Origin: Balanoglossus misakiensis
Taxonomy: Eukaryota > Animalia > Hemichordata
Direction of reading: 5' to 3'
Assembly: GCA_040954595.2 (NCBI GenBank)
Contig: CM082584.2
Coordinates: 7,273,919 to 7,337,918, forward strand
Length of the DNA: 64,000 bases
The notes beneath the pieces were generated by a model. That model ran no database searches. It worked only from the letters and a program-made list of their open reading frames with translations, and was not told the DNA's origin. Positions 24,691 to 38,300 of this stretch are shown piece by piece. Positions within the stretch are counted from its first letter, which is position 1, and each line of letters opens with the position of its first letter. Both the position numbers and the translations under genes were made by a program.

Positions 24691-27600
24691 CATGTGCCTT
24701 TTATATATTAAGCTGAAAATCTGAGAACTGTTAGTTTAATGTGTGGCTATAACCATACATTGACTCTATAGTCTGAGCTGCCAACAAGACCAAAATCTAT
24801 CAATTGGAAAGTAAATTGGGCTTTTACAACCTGAGTCCCGTGAATACCAAACATCTTATCAAATTACAGAGAGTTTCTGAGTTTTCAACCCCACACTGAG
24901 AATTTAGAACTGAACAGCCAATGTCCTTTCATCTGCAGTAATCGACATTTACGTTTAATGTAAATCTCAACCACGTCTAATCAAGAGTCTGGATTAAACT
25001 GACATTTTGCATGTAATATTTATGAGATTTCTCTTTAATGGAGTCTCCCCCTTAATTGCGATTTTAAAATGTCAAAATATTAGAAAAGAAAAATACAGAA
25101 TATGTCAGATTGTGGGCCAGTTTATATTCATCAAGGATTTAATTCACGTGGATGTGCATGTGATCATGAACACAGATCTCTTTCAGACTGGAATTTACAC
25201 CTCTTCATGTACCATTGAATAATTGTTCTCTGACATACTATAGTCATCATTTTTTATCTCTTCTTTTGGCTATAGGAGCTAGGACGGACTTGAAAGTCAT
25301 GTTGTATTGGAAGCTATGAGACATTACCTATAGATACATGCATCTCATTTCAAGAGACCTTGAACTTGTCAAATTCAATTTGCACAGCGATATCAGTAAA
25401 GCTGTCTTTTGGATATTACAGTTAACTTAGTAAAGTTTCATGGATGGAATATGAGTATTGCAATGGTGTAATAGTATTGAGCAAAATGTATGATGTGCAT
25501 GCCAAGAAAAATCTTAACACAGTTATTTATTATTATGAATTTGTCCCCTCAAGAATTTTTTACTGGAATTTGATGTGGAATATATTGATATGGTGATATA
25601 TACTACAGTAGAATGTATCATGTGAAGAGGCCTTACCACAGGGAATCTGAAGTCGATACAACATTAGCATTTGAAGCACATTGAACAAAAATCTACGAAT
25701 GCTCTTTAAATGTCAACGCAGGCACTCCAACGCAGATTTACTGAGAATTACAAAGCTATGTATCATGACGATTGTCCCATAAATGCTGATCAGCCAATTA
25801 AATACCATTGGATTACAGTTGCGGATATGCTATCAGGTAACACACACATTGGATGGCCAGCTCAAAGTGGAAGTATCTTTCAAAAAGTTTGTATTGAAAA
25901 GAACAGTGCTGTACAGCAGTTCATACGCAGAAGAAATTTGCTCTTCAAAAATAACAGCTTATTTATATGTTTGCATGCAGCTCACTTGTTGCCAAGGCGC
26001 TGCACCAACCTACTTAGGCTGTCAAAATTATTAGAATCACAGTGGTATGGAGAACACGTTCAAGTTCCAATTATAACTCCTTTTGAATTCTGAACCAATG
26101 CTCACAATTGCTATTTCATACAGGGATTCAAAAGCTATACACTTCCTGCAGCTTTCAGTAATAGCGTTTAATCAATACACGCACACTGACAACACATATT
26201 TGTGTGCAAACTGTACGCGTAGTCCTGACGTTGACACATTCATATGCATGTGCATAATGACTGAAGAATTCTATTTTAGGGGGCCTGGAATTGCCAATTC
26301 GTCTGCATACTTTGCATCAATTTTATTCAGTTTTCATCTGATTTTATTTCATGATGGGTGCATCACAGCTCTTAAAATTTGCTCTCCAAAAATTTTGCCG
26401 AAGTCAATAACCCTATATTACTGTACTCGGCAATACAGACGGTCTGATTGATTAATGCATCTATATATTACTTAGTCACAGACAGAGTTAAGGCGATTGT
26501 TTTCAGCTCTTAGAATCACTCTACAATTTATAGGAAACATTTTTGTCTGTGCTCAAGAGTTAATCAATATGAATTTCCGACAAATAGAGAAAAAAAAACC
26601 TAAGGGAAGGTAAGCTCAACTACATTCGGCATTATCTAATTAGCGCTATGGAGTCGATCACATATTATACTTTTAATTGTGTTAGTACAGATACACCTCA
26701 GGCTATGAATGTTTGAAAACAGTTAAATTTCACCGATTTCCTCTGCAATTGGGTTAGCGAGTCTGTCAGTTCTGCCTGGTTTCCTTTTAAATGGGGTAAT
26801 ACATTTACTCTGTGCCTTAAAGCCTACATCACGTACCTTCCAGTTTTCCTGATACGGATGTATGTTTGTTATCAATTAACACGCGTAAGCAATCCTACAA
26901 CAAAGACCAGAGTAAAGTATAACAGTCTCTTATACTGTGCTCAACTGGACATGAATTATTAAAGTGGAAATTTTCCAAATCAAACATTGAAACATGCTTT
27001 TTAAGGTCAATGACTGATAATCGATTTTGTCCAGTTTCTTGAGAAATAACTAAATGTAAAGCTTCGAGCAGCATGCAGCAATCGATCAGTCTAGTCTATA
27101 CAATTTTTATTCTGTTCATTTTTCCCAATGAATAGAACTAACTTCACTCATCATAGAGCATGGTGAACACATTATCACCTGCTAATTTGCTATGTACAAC
27201 ACGTACATTTTTTTCCATGGAAATTTCCCTTGGTCTATTCCAGTAGGGTGCATAACAGTGTTCAACACACTATGGCCATGTACCGTACACTGGAATACTA
27301 CAAACATGGATGAGGGCCATGAAAAAGCCCACCATCTTGTGACTATAATTTAACTTTTTCTTCAATGATAATGGCTAGAAGTGAAAATTCCAGCAGAAAA
27401 TTAACGAAATATTCCTTCCAATTACATATAGGGAAACGAAACTATTGGGAATGTTATTATATGCATGTTCAATTCGATCGCTAATAGGTGCATTCATACA
27501 TCTCAAGGGGTGGTGTGCCAGCCAGCATAGTGCACAGTTTATTCTTGGCTTTCATTAAAAAGGAGCTGTAAGCCTACAACTTTTCGCCACCTGTTTGTTA

Positions 27601-30600
27601 GCTGAACGATTGCTGCTGAATTACATGGTTTGAATTACTTTTTTACCCATTGATGATAATATGAACTTTCTGAAGTTGCAGAATAATATAACGTATTTAA
27701 TTAAATTAAAGCATGAAATGGATCGAGCGCCATCCAGAGGGTACATTTAACCAAGTTTGCCTTCGGATCCAGTCAACTGAGGGGTCCTAACATTACATTG
27801 AATCAAGCATGCCCTAAGTTGTTAATTCTTTCTGATTGAACACCAATCTTAGTGACGGATGTACCTTCATTGTGACGTACATCCACATGTTGGCCCTCTA
27901 GCCAAAATCTGGTAATGTCAAGCGACCAGAGTAATAGGGAGAGAGAGACAATTCAAACAGACAAGAAGTTAAGGTTTTCAATCTTTGCCAGTTGAGAATT
28001 TGTGCTACGATAGAGTTACAGGATTTACAAAAGACGGCAGACTTCCATAACCTTAACCAAGAGTACAATCCCATTAAAATCAGGTGTACAAAGGTGGGCC
28101 GTCTTAACCTTTGCTTGGTCTCACCTGTGGCCTTTCTCTAGCTACAGTTGTCTAAATCCTATAGAAGATGATCACGTTCAAATCTCATGCTTTGCAGCCA
28201 CCCAGTGATATTTTGTTTTACACTCCCCTGCAATAGAATCATTACCCCAGGGCCCACCAATAAAGATTCACGTTTTGAAGCTTAAGTTGAGCTGACACTT
28301 GTGAATCAAATTAACATATCACTTATCGGGGAATTTACAATTTCAACTTCTTTATGTTCAAATTTACAATAGTTTCCTAATTGAATGCTTTGTAAGGTGT
28401 GTTTCACAGCTGTAATTCAATGATCGTTGTATTTGTATAGTATGTATCACATGCTGATATCGACGCATATTGACAGATTGTTTTTTCGATTCATACTTAT
28501 TGTTCAGTCGATGCTAGACAATTAATGTCCGATTGGTTGATCTTCAAAGTCCTGATTTGAGCATGATCTTCTATAGGACTTGATAGGATGCAAAGACAAG
28601 GCAGCAACAGAACGCAAAGAGCAGAGACCAAGCAAAAATAAAGACGCCACCAATCTCTGCAGTGGAGCCAATTTTAATCAGATTGCCATGAGTTAATTTA
28701 TATATAATTACTGATATGCTCTAGGAATTAATGTCAACATTTAAATCTTATTCGATTAAATGAGATGTAGGTGTGTAACTAATTCAGCAGAATAAATTCG
28801 GGGCACTAAATTTCACCCTCATCAAGTATTTTTTGTTCATATAAACATTCAAATTGTTTTCATCATTTTTTTTTACAATTTGACATAATATTGCTCTTAC
28901 TTCCAACAACATTATTTATCTTTTTTCTGACATTTTGCAAACATGAAACAGGGGCATTTAGCTACTGCTTGACATTTACACTTTTTTATCCTACAGTATC
29001 AATCCATATTTTACTTTGGTTCATGTAACAATAAAAAAAAGGGATAGGAAATGATGCTCAACTAGCACTGAGGATCACATTTCTGGTTGCCACTGGATAC
29101 GACATTGCTCTAGGCTGAATTCGCTGTTGTCATCACGATATGCACAGATTCGTGCATGACTGCGCCCCGCAATGCTGACAATTTGTATTTACGCGGACTG
29201 AAATTATTTGGGGACATTTAAAGTATCTTCTAATATGAAAATGGTACACAAAAGGCTTTTACAACCCATCGAGATGCTCTTCAATATCTCACAGGTGCTG
29301 AGGGAAAATGGGGCTCAAATTGTTTCTACTCCACAGCTGAGAAGGAATACTGAGAATTATGGCTGGCTGCTCGATGGGATAAGCATTCGCGTGGTCCAGG
29401 GTTTCTTTCTGTGCAGTGCATGCACCAATTATGTTTACCAAATATCTGCATGGATCTACATCATTCTCAATTGAACGAGCATTCAAGATTTAATCATCAT
29501 GGTCTCCTGTCTAAGGAATATCAGCTTGTTTAAAACTATATTTTTGGCAATTTCGCTGATAAAAAAAAATTATATTTTGAGTGAGGTTTTATTAAATATT
29601 TTTGACCTATCTTATGCTTACATCTGTAGGACCTCAGAGTGTATTAGCTTGTACAGTATTCACCTCTGCAATAGTGCAAGCCTCGCAGTTCGCAGAAATA
29701 ATTTTGTTGATTTCCTGCAGCCATAGAGGCATCGCTTTTTCAACAGAGGCCAATAGTTAAAAGTTCACACACGGTTCACCTTCACTTTCTGTTAAATGTC
29801 CTCCTTCATTACAAACAGCGTTGCTATGGAAAAACAGCGCACTGCAGCTGGAGAGATCCTAGCAACCGTGCACACCTGAGCAATACCCCGATGAAGTAAC
29901 CCTGTTGCTATGGCGATACACTTCCCGACCGGAGTCATAACAAAAACGTTGTTTAAGTACCCAGTGTGATTAATTGCATAATGCCCAATAATCGGGACTT
30001 TCACTTACAGACAAAGGGCAGATTAAGAGAGTCAAAGGGACAATTAAACACAAAAGGGCAAAAGGCAAACATTGAAGTACCACTGCCGAGTCAGAAATAC
30101 TGATCCCGCATTACTTCGGCTGCATTGTCAGTCAAACATTTCTCCATTGTTTGAATAAGTCTCAACTGTTTGCCCCTCCACTGTGGCGTAATTAGTAAAG
30201 TCCACAAGGGCAACAGAACAGTCACGCTCTTGATGGCGAAAGTTTAATCACACTAAAATCAGGTCAAGCTCTCGCACATCAGTGAAAAAGACTATGAGCT
30301 AAAATCACAGACTGTGCCAATAGTAGAAAGAAAACATTGTAATACAATATATCTCAACAGAAAAGTAACATAAAATAGCGTCAAAGGGCACTGTGCTCAC
30401 ATTTAATGATACAAATATTTGGTCTCATACTGATCAAATTTCACCACAACCCTGCACTACCCAGGGAGGGGCCTTTAGTTTAGCATTAAATCTGAACATA
30501 GTTTTATGACACAGATGAATAAATAAAAGTTCAAAACCAAGAGTCAAGCTGGGATTTTCTTTGGTACTAAATGTCACAAGTCTTGTATGATGTATCAATT

Positions 30601-31887
30601 GATTACTATCAAATTTCCAAATCTTGATTTGAAAAAAAAAATATTTGTATCAGTGCATTAGAAAATGAAACTCGAATACAGTTATCAATTTTCCTCTGGG
30701 CGAGGATGCCAATTATTTATCATATCACGGCTCGGCAGACCCCACGCTCGTCGCACTTCCTGAAGCTGTAGTTTACTAACTGGGGTCCAGATGGGAATAT
30801 TAAGTTGGCTTGATGAAACCATTAGACCTTTTGAGTGAGACAGGTACCCTCCGTGATTAAACTCAACACCTTACTATAGTCACCTTGTATGAATGTGCTG
30901 AATAAATATTTGCAGGGGAACTTGAGACAGTTTTTGAACAAGGCAATCTTTTTATGCTTTCAACCTGCGGTGTCATGACATGAATTAAATTGGCTTCACT
31001 TGCAGGTGTGATGTATGAAGATTTCTCCTTTCTGTGTGCAGTGTATCGCGTACTCAGCCTAGCCAGGGGTTGATATCCTTCTCTGCTATCTCTACTAACA
31101 ATAAAATGCCTGCATGGGCAGCTCTAGTCAAAACTCACACTGTATCTAGACTTGCACAATTCACAAATCACGATGGATGGAAGGGGGTATTTTGATGGAT
31201 TGTACAACAGCTTCATAACCTTATATTAGCGTTTGAATTCAATGCAACAAACTGTTGCCATATATACCAGACGATGTGCACAGCTTATGGCAAGCATCGT
31301 TGCTATGGAAACCAACCCACCACATGGTAGTTTGTGTATGATTTTAATGATTTTTTTCCACTCATCACGCAATCATGTTTTATCCAAATTAAATATAACT
31401 GAAAAATTGATAGCCTTGAGTTGGCCTGCTATCATTACTTTCACATAAAAACGGTTTATAGTAATACCTTATTTTCTGAAGTTTCCCATCCGTCAGGGGG
31501 CATGTACGGGATGTCGATTGACTCTTCATCACTCTTTCTCCGACTCCGTCTCTTATCCTTCACTGACGAAGCGCGCTTCCCCGGCACAGAGAACTTGGAC
31601 TTGGGTAGATTGTCGGTGTCCAGCGTCTGGCCGCTCCTGAGCGCGTCCCACGCTGACGAGGTGTCGGTGTAAACCACGCTCCTCGTCCGGCCGTTCAACG
31701 GCTCGTTGGCGGCAGCTCCCAGTTTGGTATCGCTCTCCACGCCTCCGTTCTGGCCCTTGTCGCTCGCCTCTTTCCCGTTCGCATTGCCGCTGTTTTTCTG
31801 CGTCGACTTGAAGGCCTTCACCACCGTCGTGGTTCGACGTACCTCCTGCGCGCGGGCTTGGGTCCGTCTTGACAAAACGACGCCCAT
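20877..31887 (-). CDS. PHF24: PHD finger protein 24 (GINIP, G-alpha-i interacting protein) orthologue, about 411 aa: MGxxxS N-terminus, PHD-type zinc finger, four EF-hands
   Basis: Exons 31887-31468, 23963-23778, 23493-23415, 23215-23016, 21816-21644, 21203-21117, 20967-20877 (sum 1236 nt). Peptides MGVVLSRR, AWDALRSG, DDELCVVCGVFTGTELYPCRVCENVYHEVCL...GWSCHEC, WWEFLNHESARRL and the C-terminal VSWKEYLEDQALYILAARPN match the vertebrate PHF24 pattern. Confidence 0.92.
22629..22848. repeat. Imperfect tandem duplication of a ~110-bp unit in a PHF24 intron
   Basis: TTTATACACAC...GTTCTAAAA...GCAGTTTATTTT...CAGACACATCTC.ATCCACTAGAGCACACTGATGTGGGGCCAAGTGTCT occurs twice. Confidence 0.85.
24666..24690. 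repeat. (TA)n microsatellite
   Basis: Read directly. Confidence 0.9.
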
Positions 31888-32157
31888 ATTTCATGACAGA
31901 TTGTAGATCCGATTGAAGAGGCCCAGCGTTTTCATCTGAAATCGACACACGCTGCTACACTGTAGACCGCGCAGTGCGAAATGGACACAGCGTGAGAGAA
32001 AATGCATGAAATCAAACGATTCCTCTGCACGCTGAGAATGTGAACGGCAAATATTGCAAATGCGTGTACAATTTGATCCGCAGCTCTCAGTCAACAGAGC
32101 AGTGATACAGTGAAAGTTTGTGACGCAAAAGCGAACATACACGATACGCGATGGTTG

Positions 32158-32197
32158 AGATGATGATGATCAGATGATGATGATGATGATGATGATG
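32158..32197. repeat. (GAT)n microsatellite in the presumed PHF24 5' UTR
   Basis: Read directly; explains the poly-His and poly-Ser ORF artefacts. Confidence 0.9.
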
Positions 32198-32397
32198 GAC
32201 GGACTGCTCCAAACACTCGGCAAACAAAACAATACAAGTGATGTATCCGAGAATTGGCTTGCCCTGGGCTAAGCACACAAGCGAAGCACGTCTTCTCTCT
32301 CGGTCCGACAAACAACAACTGTCCGTGCTCTTGATGACGAATACTTTTACTGAGGCCTTGAAGCGAACATTCGCATCGTGGCAACAACCACCCTATG

Positions 32398-32425
32398 ATA
32401 TATAGCGCGCCTTGCAATGACGTCA
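32398..32425 (-). promoter_or_regulatory. Probable PHF24 core promoter: palindromic CRE (TGACGTCA, 32418-32425) just upstream of a TATA-like box (TATATAT, 32404-32398)
   Basis: Motifs read directly, about 510-540 bp upstream of the PHF24 ATG in a CpG-richer zone; TSS not demonstrated. Confidence 0.55.
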
Positions 32426-35369
32426 CAAACCGGCGCTGAACGCCCTCGCACAATAAGACTTGCGTGGAAAGCCTTTACAAGATGCGGTCAAAAGCATAGA
32501 ATATATACGCAATACGTTCATACAGAAATCCACTCAGGAATATGTCATTGTATTTGCTTGTGACTAAACACGATAGCCGGGGTTCCTTTAAACACTTACA
32601 TGCTGTTTCATAATAAAAAGCACTATGCGCTAGTTTATCAGTGTGTTGCCGTCGACTTTTGAAAGACATGAGATTAGCCTACGTGTACATGTGACGTGTG
32701 ATCTCTTACTTTCTCAATGATGTATCCGCACAAAGCGAATTGACGTGACGAAAACGTCACCGTCTCCTTCAAACCAATCTGATGATCCGTTTAGTATACT
32801 TCACACATGCCTCTTCAAGTACAAAAAAAAAATACTAAAGAAAAATCTTATATATAGGCATAGGTGTAGCCCTTCTGTCAACTGAAATTGTCATTATATT
32901 GGCACAAAGATACGAACCTAATTGCCGTACAAAAGACCGAAAGCAATACATGTAGGCCTATTTGCTTCTTGGAAAATGAAAGCCAATTTTATCTAGGCCC
33001 CCGTGACGTGGCTAATCTCGGCAATTTTCTCACTCAACTACGATCCATTGGTAAAATCATGGTAAAATTATTCGCCTCACAACCATCCAACCATCTAATG
33101 ATGTACTGCCAATGTAATAGGCCTAATCCCCAATGACGCTCTTGCCCGACAGCTCTTTTGTTATTATAGTAAGATGAACACGTGTAAGCTTACGTGTTTT
33201 TTTCCAGTGGTTTTTGTATCATACAAAAAATTGCCACTCGGGCAGCTACACGGCAGCTTCTATAAAACATCGTTGAACAGCTAATAATCGATGACTCAAA
33301 CCGATTCCTTTTTTCTGTTATGTTTTGTTGTCATGCACGTTTCTGATTGTTAAGATTTCAGTTTATCTTTTGTTATAAACACAGGCGAGTTCCCAATCGT
33401 GGAAATATACGATGTTTTTTTTTTTCAATTCACCTCAAAGAGTCGAAGTTTCCGTCATATACGTACTTGATATATATATTGAGATTGAGGACATCACTAT
33501 GACTTTGGACTGCGTCCGCATAATGTAAAACTGCACTTTTCCTGGTTTCGGACTTTTCGTAAGCTACTGTATTACGCGTTTTAGTATTTCACCTGTTGCC
33601 GCTCACCAAGCGAGCAGAACCTGAAATTTATTTGACCTGGGCGCGAATAAAGTAATAAAATGATAAGGATCTCAATTTTGTAATGATGACGCATGCCTAT
33701 ATCACCTAAATGCGTAAAACTTGCAATGCGTTCAAACGCCTTCGTTATTAGGATAAGTAAAGTAACTTTTAGGCCTATCTGCTTCAAACATGTCAAATGG
33801 TGTATCAAAAATGAGATTACAATGCTCAGATGGAGCAATTTTTTTCCCAATGGTGACATGAGTTTTGACTTGCTTGTTGCTTATATACGCCTTGTACAAT
33901 GTAATCCTGTTGAGATCTGCCTCATCAAATTCACAGATTGTTTGCGCCATGTCAGCTGTTTCACCAACGAATCTTCTATAGTTCTGGGATGTACTCGGCC
34001 ATCAAGAATATGGCGCAATATGGCAGGTAGTAGCGCGACAACATTGGCGAGCCACAGTGCCATGGCAACGCATACAAAGAGCCATTAATACTCCAGTACA
34101 GTCTAAAATCACAAGTCACAAAAAAACGTAACACAACATCATGAATTAATAAATCAAATATTTATTTCCTTTTATCCCATTTCCCTTGTGTTTGTTATAA
34201 ACTGCCCTCCCTTTATTTTTATATTGGCTTCCATTTCTGAATCAGCAATTCAGGGTCCATTTTGACACTATCAAATCACTATTTACCTGCTAAAGGCAGT
34301 GAAATCTAAAATCTACTGTTGTTTAAAGATGAATTTACTCCCAGTTAGTAGGACCTGAGAGAGAGAGTACCGTAGTCCGTACATGTACATATAAACTTAG
34401 CCCCCCATACCAATGCCTTTAACAAACTGAGCTGACCCCCTAGCTGCGTCTACATGTCTCTCTCTTCAAGTACTCCCTAGCGGCAATTTCTCTTGCACAT
34501 CACATATTCATTTTTTTTCCAGAGGATGATAACCAAGGAAAGAAAGTGAAATAAAACATGAATCAAATATCTGGAAGAAAAAAAGAAGCATTCATAATAA
34601 AAGTAGCATAATTTTTTTTCTGTTGCAAACCCTCTGACAACTACTTTGGTCCTAATAGCTTCTCTAATGTAGTTGAACATTTTTATGCGAAACCAGGATG
34701 AAAAGGTTAAGTTTTCGTGTTCAGACAGTACACATTAATCTCGTATTCTGAATTCGACAAGTCTTGACATGAAAGTCTTTAGCTGCACAATGAAAAATAC
34801 ATAGAATTTTTTAAAAGGGGTATTTCAACCAGCCTGAATTAAAGTAAAATGTACACGTTTGATTTGAACTGGTTTGGTAAATTCGAAGGCAGCAGTAATT
34901 CTGAAGTTTTAATCTCCCGATTCCTTTCTATACTTGTTTGATCATTGACTCAGTATGTACAAATGTATGCATAAAATATATTCTGCAAATACTACAGCTC
35001 TACGAATAGTTTTTGACCACCTGGAGAACTAAAGGAACATGACTTGGGAACAGATTTTCAACAAAACCTTAGTCCTCCAAACCTAGTGTGCATGTTCCAA
35101 CACTAGTACCATACCTAATGCAGAGAGAAATGTTTACACAAATGTACATGTAATTTTACTCAAATATACAAAATAAATAGTATTTTTTACAAATATACAG
35201 TGATTACTATGCAAAAATTTACATACTGTATTTTTCATCTTTCATGTTCTTAAGTCTATTCAAATTAACTTGTAGTACTGTTTTTTGTTTTTGTTTATTC
35301 CTTTAACTGTAAAAGGTTTTCAAACTTGAAAAACTCTAGTCACAGTCTTGCTTTGCTGTTTTTTTTTTT

Positions 35370-38300
35370 TCAATATCTTTTGTGTTTTCGGCGTCCTCTG
35401 GCAGCGCGATAAGAATCTGGAATAAATTCGCCATCATGTGGATCCATGCCGAGCATTCGACGGAGACGTTCAATTTCTTGTTTGTATCTGAAAAGCAACA
35501 ACAGTAGTATGAATATAAGGGTACAGTTACAGTATACTTAGGGGAAAAGTTACAGACTGCATGATATCCAGGGTCGGGAAAAATCTCCTGAATGAAGGAA
35601 TACGGGTCACTTGGGAGTCAAGGTGGAAATACGACACTTCTACTACCTCGGCTGATATTCAAGATGTCATTTTATGAAACTTGAATTTTTTTACAGCAAT
35701 ATCTGATGAACATACATGATATAGTAACCGTAATTTTTTAATGCATCTTACTTCTCCTCCTAGGTAATTCTACCAAAATTAAGCTTGAAATTTCAGGCAA
35801 TTGCGAGGTTTTGAACATTTTCATAACATCAGGTGGTGTGTGTTAGCAACAGCAACCAGCGCATGCATTGAATCCTTCGGTGTCATGTATCTCTATGCGC
35901 AACTCTTCGCACTTAACATTTGCCCTACGAATAAATTTCAACTAAACCAGATACCGTCTCAATCAGCAGAGGAATATTTTGACAGTCAAAAAAACATTTC
36001 CAACTTTAATTTATCGTGACATTTAGTAGAGGAAGTGGTTATTTGATGTCCGTGCGGGTAAACTGTAAGTGAAAGGAACCCGTAGGGAGCAAAGACTGTG
36101 CGATATTGAGTAATTAGGAAAAGGTGAACGCTCTCGCAGTTTCTAGTCAGGCACATTGCACTGAAACCGTACATGTGACAGATTGAAATGTCACCAGAAA
36201 CTAGTTCCAGCCATTTTTAATAAGAAAGACACCATTTAAAACACATCCGACCCATCAAATCAAATGCGAAATTCTAACAAACAGTACAGGTGGCGGAAAG
36301 CTGTTGGCATAGAAAACACACAGCGTGTCTTTTCAAGAAAATTGCAGCATCGAGCAAAGAATGGGAATCGTCTCACCATTTCTTTTCTAGATCACTGTAC
36401 AAAGCGTCTAAATGCTGACACTTGAAAGCGCGGGGAATGAAAAGGGTGGGATGGGCGTACTGATACCGCAATGTTCGGGGCTTTTAAACTCGGCACCTTT
36501 TCAGCAGGTGTCTACTTCGATGAAAGGCGGTCTCTCGGCGACCAATTGTACAGCTGCACATCGGACCGGTAAAAACCGTCGAGAAATGCCCATTTAAAAC
36601 AGATTCCGATCGTATTTTACTACGAAAAATGAGGGTAATTCCCGGAAAATGCGATTGCAGGAAACGTCAACGACATCCGCTTTTGAGTGACTCGAGTGAA
36701 GGCACTGATAAGGAGAGTGTTTAATTAATCTTGCTTGACATTGTGTCACAAAAAGCTGCATCTGAACCATCATACCGACTGATACAGTTATCAGTCTTGT
36801 ATCTGGGATGTGCTGATGTGTCATGCCTGAAATAATTCTCCCTGGGGACGAGATTTGCTCCCTGGCAAAGCACGTATATGATACACATTTGAAGTCAGTG
36901 CCTGACCTGATTAGGGTCGGTGCAATTGCCGACGACGTACGTTGTCTTGCCTTATCTGCACCCAATATCAAAAGTGACAGAGACTGATTGGGACATGAGC
37001 TGAGCCAGTGCGTTCACACACACAAATTTTTAAATAGGCTGGAACTGTAACCCACTCCTCCCTCACTACCCCCCAGCCTTCTAGCCCGGAGACACAGGCG
37101 TTGTAGTAGGGGAAAAGGAACGGACGTTGTATTCTAGATTCTAGATCAACGCCTGTGTCTCCGGGCTACCAGCCTTCATACGTACCTGGACCAACATGTA
37201 GTCTGGTTCTTGTCTGACACACGCTGATTATTTTGAAAAAGAATCCCACATCTACATGTACTCAGGGCTGGCATCAACTATCTGATTCAAAACCCCATTT
37301 ACATCATAATGACTGATAAAGACTAAGAAAGTGGTCATTCATAGTGAAAACAGATCCACTCTTCTGATAGAATGTTATCAGAAAACACTGACCAAATGTC
37401 AATTTAAATGCTGTTCTTGGAAAAGCTTTGGTGTCATTACACTGAAAAATGAGAGTTGAAAGAAGAGTTCCAGGAAGAATGACAACAATCAAGGACCTTC
37501 CAGCTGATAAATTTGCCATATACACTGTACCTGCAAGAGACAGCAGCTAGTTACACTACCACTATCACAGCACGAGAGAAAATCAACATTTATCTTCAGG
37601 TGGAGGCTCATGCATCCATTTTTCTGATTCCAACCCCCCTCTGGGTAGACTGACTCGCCTACCATAAACTCGATCACCACACAAAACCAAGCCCTTATGG
37701 CCAGCTTAGACGGGCATTACATGCTAATTGGACGGCCCGGAGTGAGGTACGGTACTTACACGAGGTGATTGGATGACTTGAGAGAGTGGATTGTTTCTCG
37801 AAATGATCAGTGAGAATCCTGTCTCTGCATGTACAGTCAGATTTGCAGCATTAAACAGCGACAAAATATCCCGAGTCTCATGGGTAACAGCTGATGATGA
37901 ACAGCTTAGTGAATTTAAATACCAATCCTGCAACCCATGCCTTCATAGCCCTGGTGCATCCAACCGAAATCATCTCAGCCAACTTCCAATTCTACACAAT
38001 GCTCACACACCATACAGAATTAGCTTCTAACGGACATTCGCCTTTGAAGTCCAGAAACCAATTTCTTCCTGAAATTACTGCGATCGTGATTATCACACCA
38101 TTTCAAGGCACTCAGTGCTTTCAAGCCAAGACTTCGGAATTGAATGTTTTCCGGGGGTATGCATATAAACGCTTGTGATAAAAGGACGGAGGCAGATTGG
38201 ACCCGCTGACTGGCGCTATGTGGTTATTCATCATTGCACAGCTCCATCAATAATTGACAAGACAGTCGGTTCATGCATGGTTTAAACGGTCATCAGTATT

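Noticed and set aside
33581-34088. Cluster of short overlapping ORFs next to an X-box-like GTGCCATGGCAAC (34057-34069)
   Set aside because: No recognisable homology or consistent splice structure; cannot support a gene or pseudogene
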